This document shows positions 17,849 through 25,899 of a DNA stretch of 32,000 bases, in pieces (positions within the stretch are counted from its first letter, which is position 1; each line of letters starts with the position of its first letter). The position numbers and the translations under genes are program-made. The stretch is from Paracoccus suum. GTDB taxonomy: Bacteria; Pseudomonadota; Alphaproteobacteria; Rhodobacterales; Rhodobacteraceae. The stretch covers positions 510,001 to 542,000 of the forward strand of contig NZ_CP030918.1 of NCBI RefSeq assembly GCF_003324675.1. The letters run 5' to 3'. The notes under the pieces are model-generated. The model ran no database searches. It saw only the letters and a program-made list of their open reading frames with translations, and had not been told where the DNA came from.

Positions 17849-17898
17849 TTGATACGCACACGCCCAGTCCTTATGGTCCGGGCCAGAATGATGAGCAA
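17849..17898. promoter_or_regulatory. candidate overlapping divergent promoters (operon side and permease side)
   Basis: Plus strand has TTGATA (17849-17854)-N17-TATGGT (17872-17877). Minus strand has TTGCTC (17898-17893)-N17-CATAAG (17875-17870). The two -10 elements share the sequence CTTATGGT. Motif matches only. Confidence 0.35.
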
Positions 17899-17983
17899 GG
17901 CACGCTCCGCGCAGCCTTGTTGCCGGTGTTCCTGACCTGCCCGTCCGCCCAGAAGCCCGCCCTGTCCCCCGAGGATCGCCCCG

Positions 17984-18805
17984 ATGTTCGTGCCGACCAC
18001 TCGCAATCGCACAATGCTCGACGCAGCGACGTCGACCTTGTCGCTGATCTATACGGTCACGGTGCACAACCTTCGCGCGACCGACCGCAACCCGATCATC
18101 GGGCTGCTGATGACGGCAGTGCGCTCGGTCGTGATGATCGCCGGTTTCATGTCCATGTATTACCTGCTCGGCGTGCGCACGTCGCCCGTGCGGGGCGATT
18201 TTCTGGTTTACGTGATGAGTGGGGTTTTTCTCTACCAAGCCCATACGATGGCGGTGCAGGCGGTGGCCGGGGCGGGGGGAAGCAGCCAGGCGATCATGAA
18301 ACACGGGCCGATGACAACCGCCGTGGTCATCTCGGCGGGGGCGCTGTCCTCGCTCTATCGGACGACCTTCGCGGCTCTCGCGATCCTCGGGATCTATTAC
18401 CTCGTGAAACCCTTCACGCTGGAAGACCCGGTTGGCGCCGTGTGGATGATGCTGCTCGCCTGGTTCTCCGGGGCGGCGATCGGCATGATCTTCCTGGCGA
18501 TCAAGCCTTGGGCACCTCAGATCGCCAGCATCGGTACGAACGTCTATTCGCGTGTGCAGATGGTCGCCTCGGGCAAGATGTTCCTGGCCAATGCGTTGCC
18601 GGGCTTCATGATCCATTATTTCGACTGGAACCCGCTGTTCCACGTCATCGACCAGGCCCGCGGTTATGCCTTCATCAACTACACGCCGCACCACAGCTCG
18701 GTCACCTATCCGGTGTATTTCAGCCTTGCAGTGCTGATGATCGGTCTGATGGCCGAGTTCGTGACCCGGCGCGCGGAATCGGTCAGCTGGGCGGCGGCGC
18801 GCTGA
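17984..18805 (+). CDS. ABC-2 type (KpsM-like) polysaccharide export permease, with no adjacent ATPase
   Basis: 273 aa with about 6 TM helices. The architecture and the block [16 protein letters not shown] resemble E. coli KpsM (WNPLVHVVELSREA, from memory). GAGGA lies 9 nt upstream of ATG 17984. Confidence 0.8.
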   Translation: MFVPTTRNRTMLDAATSTLSLIYTVTVHNLRATDRNPIIGLLMTAVRSVVMIAGFMSMYYLLGVRTSPVRGDFLVYVMSGVFLYQAHTMAVQAVAGAGGSSQAIMKHGPMTTAVVISAGALSSLYRTTFAALAILGIYYLVKPFTLEDPVGAVWMMLLAWFSGAAIGMIFLAIKPWAPQIASIGTNVYSRVQMVASGKMFLANALPGFMIHYFDWNPLFHVIDQARGYAFINYTPHHSSVTYPVYFSLAVLMIGLMAEFVTRRAESVSWAAAR

Positions 18806-18875
18806 CCGCCGCGGCGGTGGACCGCCCGGCGGGGCTGGCTTAAGCGGTCGGTCACGATCCATCAGGGGCGCATGC

Positions 18876-19979
18876 ATGAGCTACAACACTTTCGGCCACC
18901 TGTTCCGCGTGACCACCTGGGGCGAGAGCCACGGCCCGGCCCTCGGCTGCACGGTCGACGGCACGCCCCCGGGCATTCCCCTGACCGAGGCCGACATCCA
19001 GCCCTGGCTGGACCGACGCCGTCCCGGCCAGTCGCGCCTGACAACCCAGCGCAAGGAGGCGGATGCGGTCTGCATCCTGTCGGGCACCTTCGAGGGTCTG
19101 ACGACCGGCACGCCGATCCAGTTGATGATCGAGAATACCGACCAGCGATCGAAGGACTATGGCGAGATCGCGCAGGCCTTTCGGCCGGGCCATGCGGACC
19201 TGACCTATCACCTCAAGTACGGGCTGCGCGATTATCGCGGCGGCGGCCGCTCGTCGGCGCGCGAGACCGCGGCGCGGGTCGCGGCCGGCGGTGTGGCCCG
19301 CGCCGTGCTGGGCCAACTGGCACCGGAGGTCGCGATCACCGGCTACATGGTCCAGATCGGAGAGCGTCATATCGACCGCGCCCGTATCGATCTGGCCGAG
19401 GTGACGCGCAACCCGCTGTTCTGTCCCGACGCCAGCGTCGCCGATGACTGGGCCGCCTACCTCGATGCTATCCGGATGGACCATGATTCGGTCGGCGCCA
19501 TGGTCGAGGTGCTCATCCAGAATTGCCCGCCCGGCCTGGGCGCGCCGATCTATGCCAAACTCGACACCGACCTGGCCGCGGCGATGATGTCGATCAACGC
19601 CGTCAAGGGCGTCGAGATCGGCGAGGGCATGGCCGCCGCCGCCCTGCGGGGCACCCAGAACGCGGACGAGATGCGCATGGTGGATGGCGTCCCCGCGTAC
19701 CTGTCGAACCACGCCGGCGGCATCCTAGGCGGGATTTCCAGTGGCCAGGACATCGTCGTGCGCTTTGCAGTCAAGCCGACCAGTTCGATCCTGACACCGA
19801 GGCGCAGTGTGACCAAGTCGGGTGGCGAGGTGGATCTGGTGACCAAGGGCCGCCACGATCCCTGCGTGGGGATTCGCGCGGTGCCGGTGGGCGAGGCGAT
19901 GGCCGCCTGCGTGGTACTGGACCACCTGTTGATGGACCGCGGCCAGACAGGCGGCGTGCGGGGCAAGATCGGGAACTGA
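18876..19979 (+). CDS. aroC: chorismate synthase
   Basis: 367 aa. Contains [41 protein letters not shown] and KGRHDPCVG, the canonical AroC signatures. Confidence 0.96.
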   Translation: MSYNTFGHLFRVTTWGESHGPALGCTVDGTPPGIPLTEADIQPWLDRRRPGQSRLTTQRKEADAVCILSGTFEGLTTGTPIQLMIENTDQRSKDYGEIAQAFRPGHADLTYHLKYGLRDYRGGGRSSARETAARVAAGGVARAVLGQLAPEVAITGYMVQIGERHIDRARIDLAEVTRNPLFCPDASVADDWAAYLDAIRMDHDSVGAMVEVLIQNCPPGLGAPIYAKLDTDLAAAMMSINAVKGVEIGEGMAAAALRGTQNADEMRMVDGVPAYLSNHAGGILGGISSGQDIVVRFAVKPTSSILTPRRSVTKSGGEVDLVTKGRHDPCVGIRAVPVGEAMAACVVLDHLLMDRGQTGGVRGKIGN

Positions 19980-20246
19980 GGCGCCAGCTTCGAAAGCCCT
20001 GGAGACGCCCGCCTAATGAAGACGACTGCTCGTTAGCAGTCTGGGGAAGCGGTAGCGGCGCGAAACAGGCAATTAGGTATCGGCCTAATAGCCATGGGCT
20101 GCCGATCGAGGTTTCGGGCAGCGAGAGGGGAGCACAGCCCGATTTTCAAGGACCGCCGGGCTGGTCCTAAGCGAGGGACGGCAGCGGGTGCAGTCGGCGT
20201 AACACTCTAGGAATTCCCCGCCTAGTCCGAGCGCCTATCCGGTGAC
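19980..20246. other. hairpin-rich non-coding spacer between convergent aroC and coaD (candidate sRNA or structured 3' UTR)
   Basis: No ORF appears in the six-frame track apart from the aroC-shadow frame. At least six stem-loops can be seen. They are 19980-20009; 20024-20041 (GACTGCT-cgtt-AGCAGTC); 20068-20093 (GGCaATTAGG/CCTAATaGCC). Then 20098-20122 (GCTGCC/GGCAGC), or alternatively 20096-20140 (GGGCTG/CAGCCC) followed by GATTTTC. Finally 20149-20168 (AGGACC/GGTCCT) and 20196-20235 (GGCG..CTAGG/CCTAG..CGCC). Confidence 0.4.
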
Positions 20247-20321
20247 GGGCCAGGCAGGGGATGGGGCGCGGGAATCGGGTCCGGGATAGGATCGGGAAAC
20301 GGGTCGGTGGGATCGGTGGGT
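20247..20321. repeat. G-run tract (C-rich on the coaD strand) including a tandem 9-mer TCGGTGGGA/TCGGTGGGT
   Basis: Eleven runs of three or more G lie between 20247 and 20320 on the plus strand. A tandem 9-nt direct repeat sits at 20304-20312 and 20313-20321. The tract starts 11 nt downstream of the coaD stop in coaD orientation. Confidence 0.85.
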
Positions 20322-20331
20322 CGCGGATCGC

Positions 20332-20838
20332 TCATTTGCCGCCTCCATGGTCGAACCGCGCGCGCAGCGCCTCGTTCACGGCGGGCGTCACGAACTTGCT
20401 GACATCGCCGCCGAGGCGGGCAATTTCCTTGACCAGCTTGCTGGCGATCGCCTGCCGGCGGGCGTCCGCCATCAGAAATACCGTCTCGATCGAGCTGTCG
20501 AGTGCGCGGTTCATGCCGACCATCTGGAACTCATATTCAAAGTCCGCGACGGCCCGCAACCCGCGCACGATGACCGTTGCGCCCACATCGCGGGCGATGT
20601 CGATCAGCAGGTTCTCGAACGGCCGCACCAGGATTTCGCCACCCGTCCGGCGGGTGATGTTGGCGCATTCCGCATCAACCATGGCCACGCGCTCGTCCAG
20701 CGAGAACAGCGGCCCCTTGTCCCGGTTGATGGCGACGCCGATCACCAGCCGGTCGACGAGGGCCATGGCCCGCTCGATGATATCGACATGGCCCAGCGTG
20801 ATCGGGTCGAACGTTCCGGGGTAAAAGCCGATCCGCAT
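20332..20838 (-). CDS. coaD: pantetheine-phosphate adenylyltransferase
   Basis: 168 aa from ATG 20838, with GAGGG just upstream. Contains YPGTFDPITLGHVDII (HxGH nucleotidyltransferase motif), VRGLRAVADFEYE and ASKLVKEIA. Confidence 0.94.
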   Translation of the reverse strand: MRIGFYPGTFDPITLGHVDIIERAMALVDRLVIGVAINRDKGPLFSLDERVAMVDAECANITRRTGGEILVRPFENLLIDIARDVGATVIVRGLRAVADFEYEFQMVGMNRALDSSIETVFLMADARRQAIASKLVKEIARLGGDVSKFVTPAVNEALRARFDHGGGK

Positions 20839-20934
20839 CCTGCCCTCGCTGCTATGCGCCCTCGGCGCACAGGACGGCAAGCGGCGCGCCATTGCAAGCT
20901 GCCCCCGCGGAAACGACCCCCGACGGGCCCTCCC

Positions 20935-21384
20935 TCAAACGCCCATGATCATGCCGGTCAGGGCATCCTTTTCGGCCGCAAGTTCTTTCAGGCGGCCGCT
21001 GACGGCGTCGCCGATCGACACCAGCCCCAGCATGATCCCATCCTCGTCCACCACCGGCAGATGGCGGAAACGCCCCTCGGTCATGCGCTCCAGCACTGCC
21101 AGTGCGTCATCGCCGGAATGGCAGGTCATGATGCGTCCGGTCATGATCGCCTGCACCGGCTCGTTCAGGATGCCGCCGCCGCGGCGCCCGATCTCGCGCA
21201 CGATATCCCGCTCGGACAGGATGCCGACCGGCCGCTGGCCATCCTCGGAGACGACCAGCGCGCCGATCCGCAGCTCGGCCATGGTGCGGGCCGCGTCCTC
21301 GACCCTGGCATCGGGGGCAATCGTGACGACCGGGTTGCCGCCCTGCGGGGCTGTCTTCATCACAAGTATCTGGTTGACCAGCAT
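20935..21384 (-). CDS. CBS domain-pair protein
   Basis: 149 aa from ATG 21384, with GGAGGGG upstream. It has two CBS repeats (VVTIAPDARVEDAARTMAELRIGALVVSED...GILSERDIV and IMTCHSGDDALAVLERMTEGRFRHLPVVDEDG...GLVSIGD). Confidence 0.85.
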   Translation of the reverse strand: MLVNQILVMKTAPQGGNPVVTIAPDARVEDAARTMAELRIGALVVSEDGQRPVGILSERDIVREIGRRGGGILNEPVQAIMTGRIMTCHSGDDALAVLERMTEGRFRHLPVVDEDGIMLGLVSIGDAVSGRLKELAAEKDALTGMIMGV

Positions 21385-21402
21385 AAGCGTCCCCTCCCCC
21401 TT

Positions 21403-21455
21403 GGATTGACGTCGCGCAATCAAAGGGTGAACTGCCCCCGGCGCTGCGTCAATCC
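21403..21455. promoter_or_regulatory. 9-bp perfect inverted repeat GGATTGACG ... CGTCAATCC in the CBS/mmsA divergent region
   Basis: The arms are at 21403-21411 and 21447-21455, separated by 35 nt. Each arm contains TTGACG reading outward-facing on its own strand. The function is not established. Confidence 0.3.
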
Positions 21456-21558
21456 GCCTCAGGCCCGAGGCACCCGGCCGCCTGCCCCATGGCGGGGTCT
21501 TGCCATGAGCGTCCGCGCCCCTATCGTGCCGCCATCATCAAGCACAGGGGGCACTGCA

Positions 21559-23058
21559 ATGCGACAGATCGGACACTGGGTCGGCGGCACCGAGGTGCAG
21601 GGCGCGTCTGGCCGGAAGGCGGACGTCTATAACCCGGCCACGGGCGAGGTTCAGGCCGAGGTCGCCCTGGCCAGCCGCGCCGAGATCGACGCCGCCATCG
21701 AGGCGGCCAGCGTCGCGCAGCGCGCCTGGGGCGCAACCAACCCGCAAAAGCGCGGTCGCGTGATGATGGAGATGGTCCGCTTGATCAACCGCGACATGGA
21801 CAAGCTGGCCGAGGCGCTGTCCGCCGAGCATGGCAAGACCATCCCCGACGCCAAGGGCGACGTGCAGCGCGGGCTGGAGGTGATCGAGTTCGCCATCGGC
21901 GCACCGCATCTGCTGAAGGGCGAGTTCACCGACAACGCCGGCCCCGGCATCGACATGTATTCCATGCGCCAGCCGCTGGGCGTGGTCGCGGCCATTACCC
22001 CGTTCAACTTTCCGGCCATGATCCCGCTGTGGAAGCTGGGTCCGGCACTGGCCAGCGGCAACGCAGTGATCCTGAAGCCCTCCGAACGTGATCCCACCGT
22101 GCCGATGATGCTGGCCGCACTCTTCAAGGAGGCCGGCCTGCCCGACGGCGTGCTGCAGGTCGTCAATGGCGACAAGGAGGCGGTGGACGCGCTGCTGGAA
22201 AGCCCGGTGATCCAGGCAGTCGGCTTTGTCGGCTCGACGCCGATTGCCCAGTACATCTATGAGAATGCCGCCCGGACCGGCAAGCGCGCGCAGTGCTTTG
22301 GCGGCGCCAAGAACCACATGATCATCATGCCGGACGCCGACCTGGACCAGGCGGCCGACGCGCTGGTCGGGGCCGGCTACGGCGCCGCGGGCGAGCGTTG
22401 CATGGCCATCTCGGTCGCCGTGCCGGTCGGCGACAAGACCGCCGATGCGCTGGTCGAGCGGCTGGTGCCGCGGATTGAAAAGCTGAAGGTCGGCCCCTAC
22501 ACCGCCGGCAAGGACGTGGATTACGGCCCGGTCGTGACCAAGGCCGCCAAGGAAAACATCCTGCGGCTGGTCAACAGCGGTATCGAGCAAGGCGCCGAGC
22601 TGGTCGTCGACGGCCGCGACTTTGCACTGCAGGGCTATGAGGACGGGTTCTTCGTCGGCCCGCATCTGTTCGACCGCGTGACCACCGACATGGACATCTA
22701 CAAGACCGAGATCTTCGGCCCGGTCCTGACCATGGTCCGTGCGCAGACCTATGAGGATGCGCTGCAGATGACGCTGGACCACGAATACGGCAACGGCACG
22801 GCAATCTTTACCCGCGACGGCGACACCGCCCGCGACTTTGCCAGCCGTTGCAATATCGGCATGGTCGGCGTCAACGTGCCGATCCCGGTGCCCCTGGCCT
22901 ATCACACCTTCGGCGGCTGGAAGCGCTCGGGCTTTGGCGATCTGAACCAGCACGGCCCCGACGCCTTCCGGTTTTATACCCGGACCAAGACCGTCACCTC
23001 TCGCTGGCCCAGCGGCATCAAGGAAGGCGGCGAATTCCACTTCCGCGCGATCGACTGA
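21559..23058 (+). CDS. mmsA: CoA-acylating methylmalonate-semialdehyde dehydrogenase
   Basis: 499 aa from ATG 21559, with AGGGGG 8 nt upstream. Has aldehyde-dehydrogenase blocks FNFPAMIPLW and FVGSTPIA, catalytic Cys in AGERCMA, and the GGWKRSGFGD ending typical of MmsA. The upstream 404 aa of the track ORF are a shadow extension. Confidence 0.94.
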   Translation: MRQIGHWVGGTEVQGASGRKADVYNPATGEVQAEVALASRAEIDAAIEAASVAQRAWGATNPQKRGRVMMEMVRLINRDMDKLAEALSAEHGKTIPDAKGDVQRGLEVIEFAIGAPHLLKGEFTDNAGPGIDMYSMRQPLGVVAAITPFNFPAMIPLWKLGPALASGNAVILKPSERDPTVPMMLAALFKEAGLPDGVLQVVNGDKEAVDALLESPVIQAVGFVGSTPIAQYIYENAARTGKRAQCFGGAKNHMIIMPDADLDQAADALVGAGYGAAGERCMAISVAVPVGDKTADALVERLVPRIEKLKVGPYTAGKDVDYGPVVTKAAKENILRLVNSGIEQGAELVVDGRDFALQGYEDGFFVGPHLFDRVTTDMDIYKTEIFGPVLTMVRAQTYEDALQMTLDHEYGNGTAIFTRDGDTARDFASRCNIGMVGVNVPIPVPLAYHTFGGWKRSGFGDLNQHGPDAFRFYTRTKTVTSRWPSGIKEGGEFHFRAID

Positions 23059-23102
23059 CGAGGGCCAAGGCCTCTGGCTGAAGCGCGCGTTGGATATCCA
23101 TC

Positions 23103-23133
23103 AAAAAAAGGGGCGCCCGGCGGCGCCCCTTTT
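23103..23133. terminator. bidirectional rho-independent terminator (A7-GGGGCGCC-cggc-GGCGCCCC-T4)
   Basis: Perfect 8-bp GC stem at 23110-23117 and 23122-23129. It is flanked by AAAAAAA (23103-23109) and TTTT (23130-23133), between convergent mmsA and the NCS1 gene. Confidence 0.85.
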
Positions 23134-23138
23134 GCATC

Positions 23139-24575
23139 TCAGCGCATGTCCCCGCTGCGCAGCAGCCAGTAGGTGCCGCCGCCGATGGCGACGCCGAAGA
23201 ACCAGCCGTACATCCCCCACCAGGACGGCAGGATCGATGTGAAGGTCGGCAGGATGGAGCTGAAGACCATGCCGATGAACAGCGCGATAAACGCCTTGCC
23301 GTGCCAGCCATTGTTGAACCGGAACTCGCCATTCTCGCGATAGAGGTCGGCGACATTCAGCCGGCCCTGCCGCAGCAGGTAATAATCGACCATCATGATC
23401 CCGAAGATCGGCCCCATCGTCGAGCCGATGAAGTTCACGAAATGCGTCGCCCCTGTCTCCCATGGCGCCCAGGGGTAGAGGATCAGGGCGATGGCCGCGG
23501 CGATCAGCCCGCCCCGCTTGAAGTCGATTAGACGCGGCGCCGCGTTCGAGAAGTCGAACGAGGCCGACACGAAGTTCGCAACCACGTTGATGCCCAGGGT
23601 CGCGACGACAAAGGTCAGCGCGGCCAGCGCCGCGAGGAACCACGAATCGAACTTGGCGCTGATCTGGTCAGGGTGCAGCAGCACCTCGCCATAGACCGAA
23701 TAGGCGGCGGTCGTGGTGACGCCCGCGACCAGGCAGAAGGCCAGCAGGTTCACCGGCAGACCCCACATGTTGCCGACCCGGACCGCGCGCTCCGACGTGG
23801 CATAACGCGAGAAGTCGCAGAAGTTCAGGTAGAGCGCAGCGAAATAGGTGATCCAGGTCGCGGCCACGGCCATAAGCGTCGGCCAGGTGCCGGGCGCGGT
23901 GGTGATCCCGGCCTCGGCCGTCGCCTTGACCAGCACGTCCTGCGGGATCTCCGAGCCAAAGCTGAAGGTGCCGGACTTCACCACCAGGTAGATCGCGAGG
24001 AACAGCATCATCACCCAGACTGCGGGTCCAGCCCAGTCCTGAAAGCGGCGCACCGTTTCCATGCCGCGCAGGATGATCAGCAACTGCAGCGCCCAGACGA
24101 TCACGTAGCAGATCACCTCAAGCGTCGAATGGCCGAGCATGTGGCTGGATTCGTGGAACGCGAGCATGTCCGGATAGCGCAGCAGCAGCGCCACCAGCGC
24201 GCCTGACGCGGCCGCGGTCTGGGCGCCATACCAGAAGCAGGCCACGACGCCGCGGATCAGCGCCGGGGCGTTGGCCCCAAAGGTACCGAACGAGGCCCGC
24301 GCCAGCACCGGGAACGGCACGCCGGTCCGCACGCCTGCGTTGCCCACAAGCGTCATCAACCCATAGATCACCAGCGAGCCGAGGCCGATTGCGATGACAA
24401 AGTTCAGCAGGCTGCCGCAGAGCAGGAACAGCGAGGCTGCGAGGTAGTACCCCCACAGGCTGTGGACATCCGATGTCCACACGTTGAAGATCGAAAAAGC
24501 GCCCCAGCGTCGTTCGGTGGCCGGGGCAAGGTCCTCGTTGATGAGGGACGGGGAGGCGTCTGGTATGTTGTACAT
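23139..24575 (-). CDS. NCS1 family nucleobase/hydantoin/allantoin-type cation symporter
   Basis: 478 aa with about 12 TM helices. The NCS1-typical N-terminus is NEDLAPATERRWGAFSIFNVWTSDVHSL, and GAGGA lies about 9 nt upstream. The substrate cannot be inferred from sequence alone. Confidence 0.88.
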   Translation of the reverse strand: MYNIPDASPSLINEDLAPATERRWGAFSIFNVWTSDVHSLWGYYLAASLFLLCGSLLNFVIAIGLGSLVIYGLMTLVGNAGVRTGVPFPVLARASFGTFGANAPALIRGVVACFWYGAQTAAASGALVALLLRYPDMLAFHESSHMLGHSTLEVICYVIVWALQLLIILRGMETVRRFQDWAGPAVWVMMLFLAIYLVVKSGTFSFGSEIPQDVLVKATAEAGITTAPGTWPTLMAVAATWITYFAALYLNFCDFSRYATSERAVRVGNMWGLPVNLLAFCLVAGVTTTAAYSVYGEVLLHPDQISAKFDSWFLAALAALTFVVATLGINVVANFVSASFDFSNAAPRLIDFKRGGLIAAAIALILYPWAPWETGATHFVNFIGSTMGPIFGIMMVDYYLLRQGRLNVADLYRENGEFRFNNGWHGKAFIALFIGMVFSSILPTFTSILPSWWGMYGWFFGVAIGGGTYWLLRSGDMR

Positions 24576-24675
24576 GGGTCGGGTTCCTCGCGCGGCGTCA
24601 GCCTGTTGTCACATTGCCTTCGTCATGCTGCCCCGTCGACGGATGGCTGCGGCAACGTCGCGCGCGGGTGCGCAT

Positions 24676-24695
24676 TGCAACACTGCTGCAACACT
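24676..24695. promoter_or_regulatory. direct repeat TGCAACACT x2 spaced 11 bp, in the NCS1/acyl-CoA dehydrogenase divergent region
   Basis: Copies at 24676-24684 and 24687-24695, embedded in GCGCATTGCAACACTGCTGCAACACTTGCGC and about 40 bp upstream of ATG 24736. This is a candidate operator; no regulator gene is adjacent. Confidence 0.3.
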
Positions 24696-24735
24696 TGCGC
24701 CCTAGCCCTGCGGCGCGCCATTTCCCGGAGGCATC

Positions 24736-25899
24736 ATGGATTTCGGCTTGAGCGAAGAACAGCAGGCCATCTTTGACATGGCGCGCGACTTCGGGGCCGA
24801 ACATATCGCGCCCAATTCGCGCCGCTGGGAAGCCGAGGGCACGATCCCCAAGGCGCTCTGGGCCAGGGTAGCCGAGCTTGGGCTCGGTGGGATCTATGTC
24901 AGCGAGGAATGGGGCGGCGCCGGCCTCTCACGCCTCGATGCGACCCTCGTGTTCGAGGCGCTGGCCATGGCCGACCCGGCGGTCGGCAGCTTTCTGTCGA
25001 TCCACAACATGTGCGGCGGGATGATCGACAAGTTCGGCTCGGCCGAGGACAAGGCCCGCTGGCTGCCCGACCTGACCAGCCTGAACAAGATCTTCAGCTA
25101 TGCCCTGACGGAGCCAGGAAGCGGCAGCGACGCCGCCGCCCTGCGCACCAAGGCCGAGCGGACGAACGAGGGCTGGCGGCTGAATGGCACCAAGGCCTTC
25201 ATCTCGGGCGGGGGATATTCGGACGTCTACCTGACCATGGTGCGCACCGGCGGCGAGGGGCCGCGCGGCATCAGCGCCGTGGTGGTCGAGGACGGCACAC
25301 CCGGCCTCAGCTTCGGCGCGCTTGAGGACAAGATGGGTTGGCGCGCACAGCCCACCGCGCAGGTCCAGTTCGACGATTGCGTGATCCCACCGGAAAACCT
25401 GCTGGGCGAGGAAGGGCGCGGCTTTGCCTATGCCATGGCGGGGCTGGACGGGGGCCGGCTGAACATCTCGGCCGGGGCCCTTGGCGGGGCGCAGGCCGCA
25501 CTGGACGCCACGGTCGCCTACATGGGCGAGCGGCGGGCCTTTGGCCAAAGCCTTGACCGTTTCCAGGCGCTGCAGTTCCGGCTCGCTGAAATGGAAACTG
25601 CCCTGCAATCCGCGCGCGTCTTTCTGCGGCAGGCCGCGTGGAAGCTGGACCACCGGACGCCCGATGCCAGCAAGTTCTGCGCGATGGCCAAGCTGCATGT
25701 GACCGACCGGGCCTTCGAGGTGGCGAATGGCTGCCTGCAACTGCACGGCGGCTACGGCTATCTGGCCGACTATGGCATCGAAAAGATCGTGCGCGATTTG
25801 CGGGTGCACCAGATCCTCGAAGGCACCAACGAGATCATGCGCGTGATCATCAGCCGCGCCTTGCTGGCGGAACGCGACGCCATGGGGGGCCGGGCATGA
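24736..25899 (+). CDS. acyl-CoA dehydrogenase (isobutyryl-CoA dehydrogenase-like)
   Basis: 387 aa. Contains SYALTEPGSGSDAA, GTKAFISGG, and QLHGGYGYLADYGIEKIVRDLRVHQILEGTNEIMR with the catalytic Glu. GGAGG lies upstream. The valine-pathway assignment comes from context. Confidence 0.9.
   Translation: MDFGLSEEQQAIFDMARDFGAEHIAPNSRRWEAEGTIPKALWARVAELGLGGIYVSEEWGGAGLSRLDATLVFEALAMADPAVGSFLSIHNMCGGMIDKFGSAEDKARWLPDLTSLNKIFSYALTEPGSGSDAAALRTKAERTNEGWRLNGTKAFISGGGYSDVYLTMVRTGGEGPRGISAVVVEDGTPGLSFGALEDKMGWRAQPTAQVQFDDCVIPPENLLGEEGRGFAYAMAGLDGGRLNISAGALGGAQAALDATVAYMGERRAFGQSLDRFQALQFRLAEMETALQSARVFLRQAAWKLDHRTPDASKFCAMAKLHVTDRAFEVANGCLQLHGGYGYLADYGIEKIVRDLRVHQILEGTNEIMRVIISRALLAERDAMGGRA

Noticed and set aside
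20070-20078. Shared AT-rich 9-mers. CAATTAGGT occurs at 20070-20078 and 27824-27832. CAAATCGTT occurs at 27836-27844, with its reverse complement at 31900-31908. Together they hinted at a dispersed repeat or common operator.
   Set aside because: A rough estimate gives thousands of chance 9-mer coincidences in a 32-kb window read on both strands. The flanks do not extend the similarity.
19980-20331. Whether the structured aroC-coaD spacer is a known RNA: tmRNA (including the two-piece alphaproteobacterial form), RNase P RNA, SRP/4.5S RNA, 6S RNA, or a cobalamin, TPP or SAM-II riboswitch.
   Set aside because: I found no T-arm GGTTCGA...CCA, no tag-peptide reading frame ending in AA-stop, no GGAAAGTCCGG (RNase P) and no GGUCCGGAAGGAAGCAGCC (SRP). 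No riboswitch core motif appears on either strand. A riboswitch also makes little sense at the 3' ends of two convergent genes. I kept it only as an unclassified candidate.
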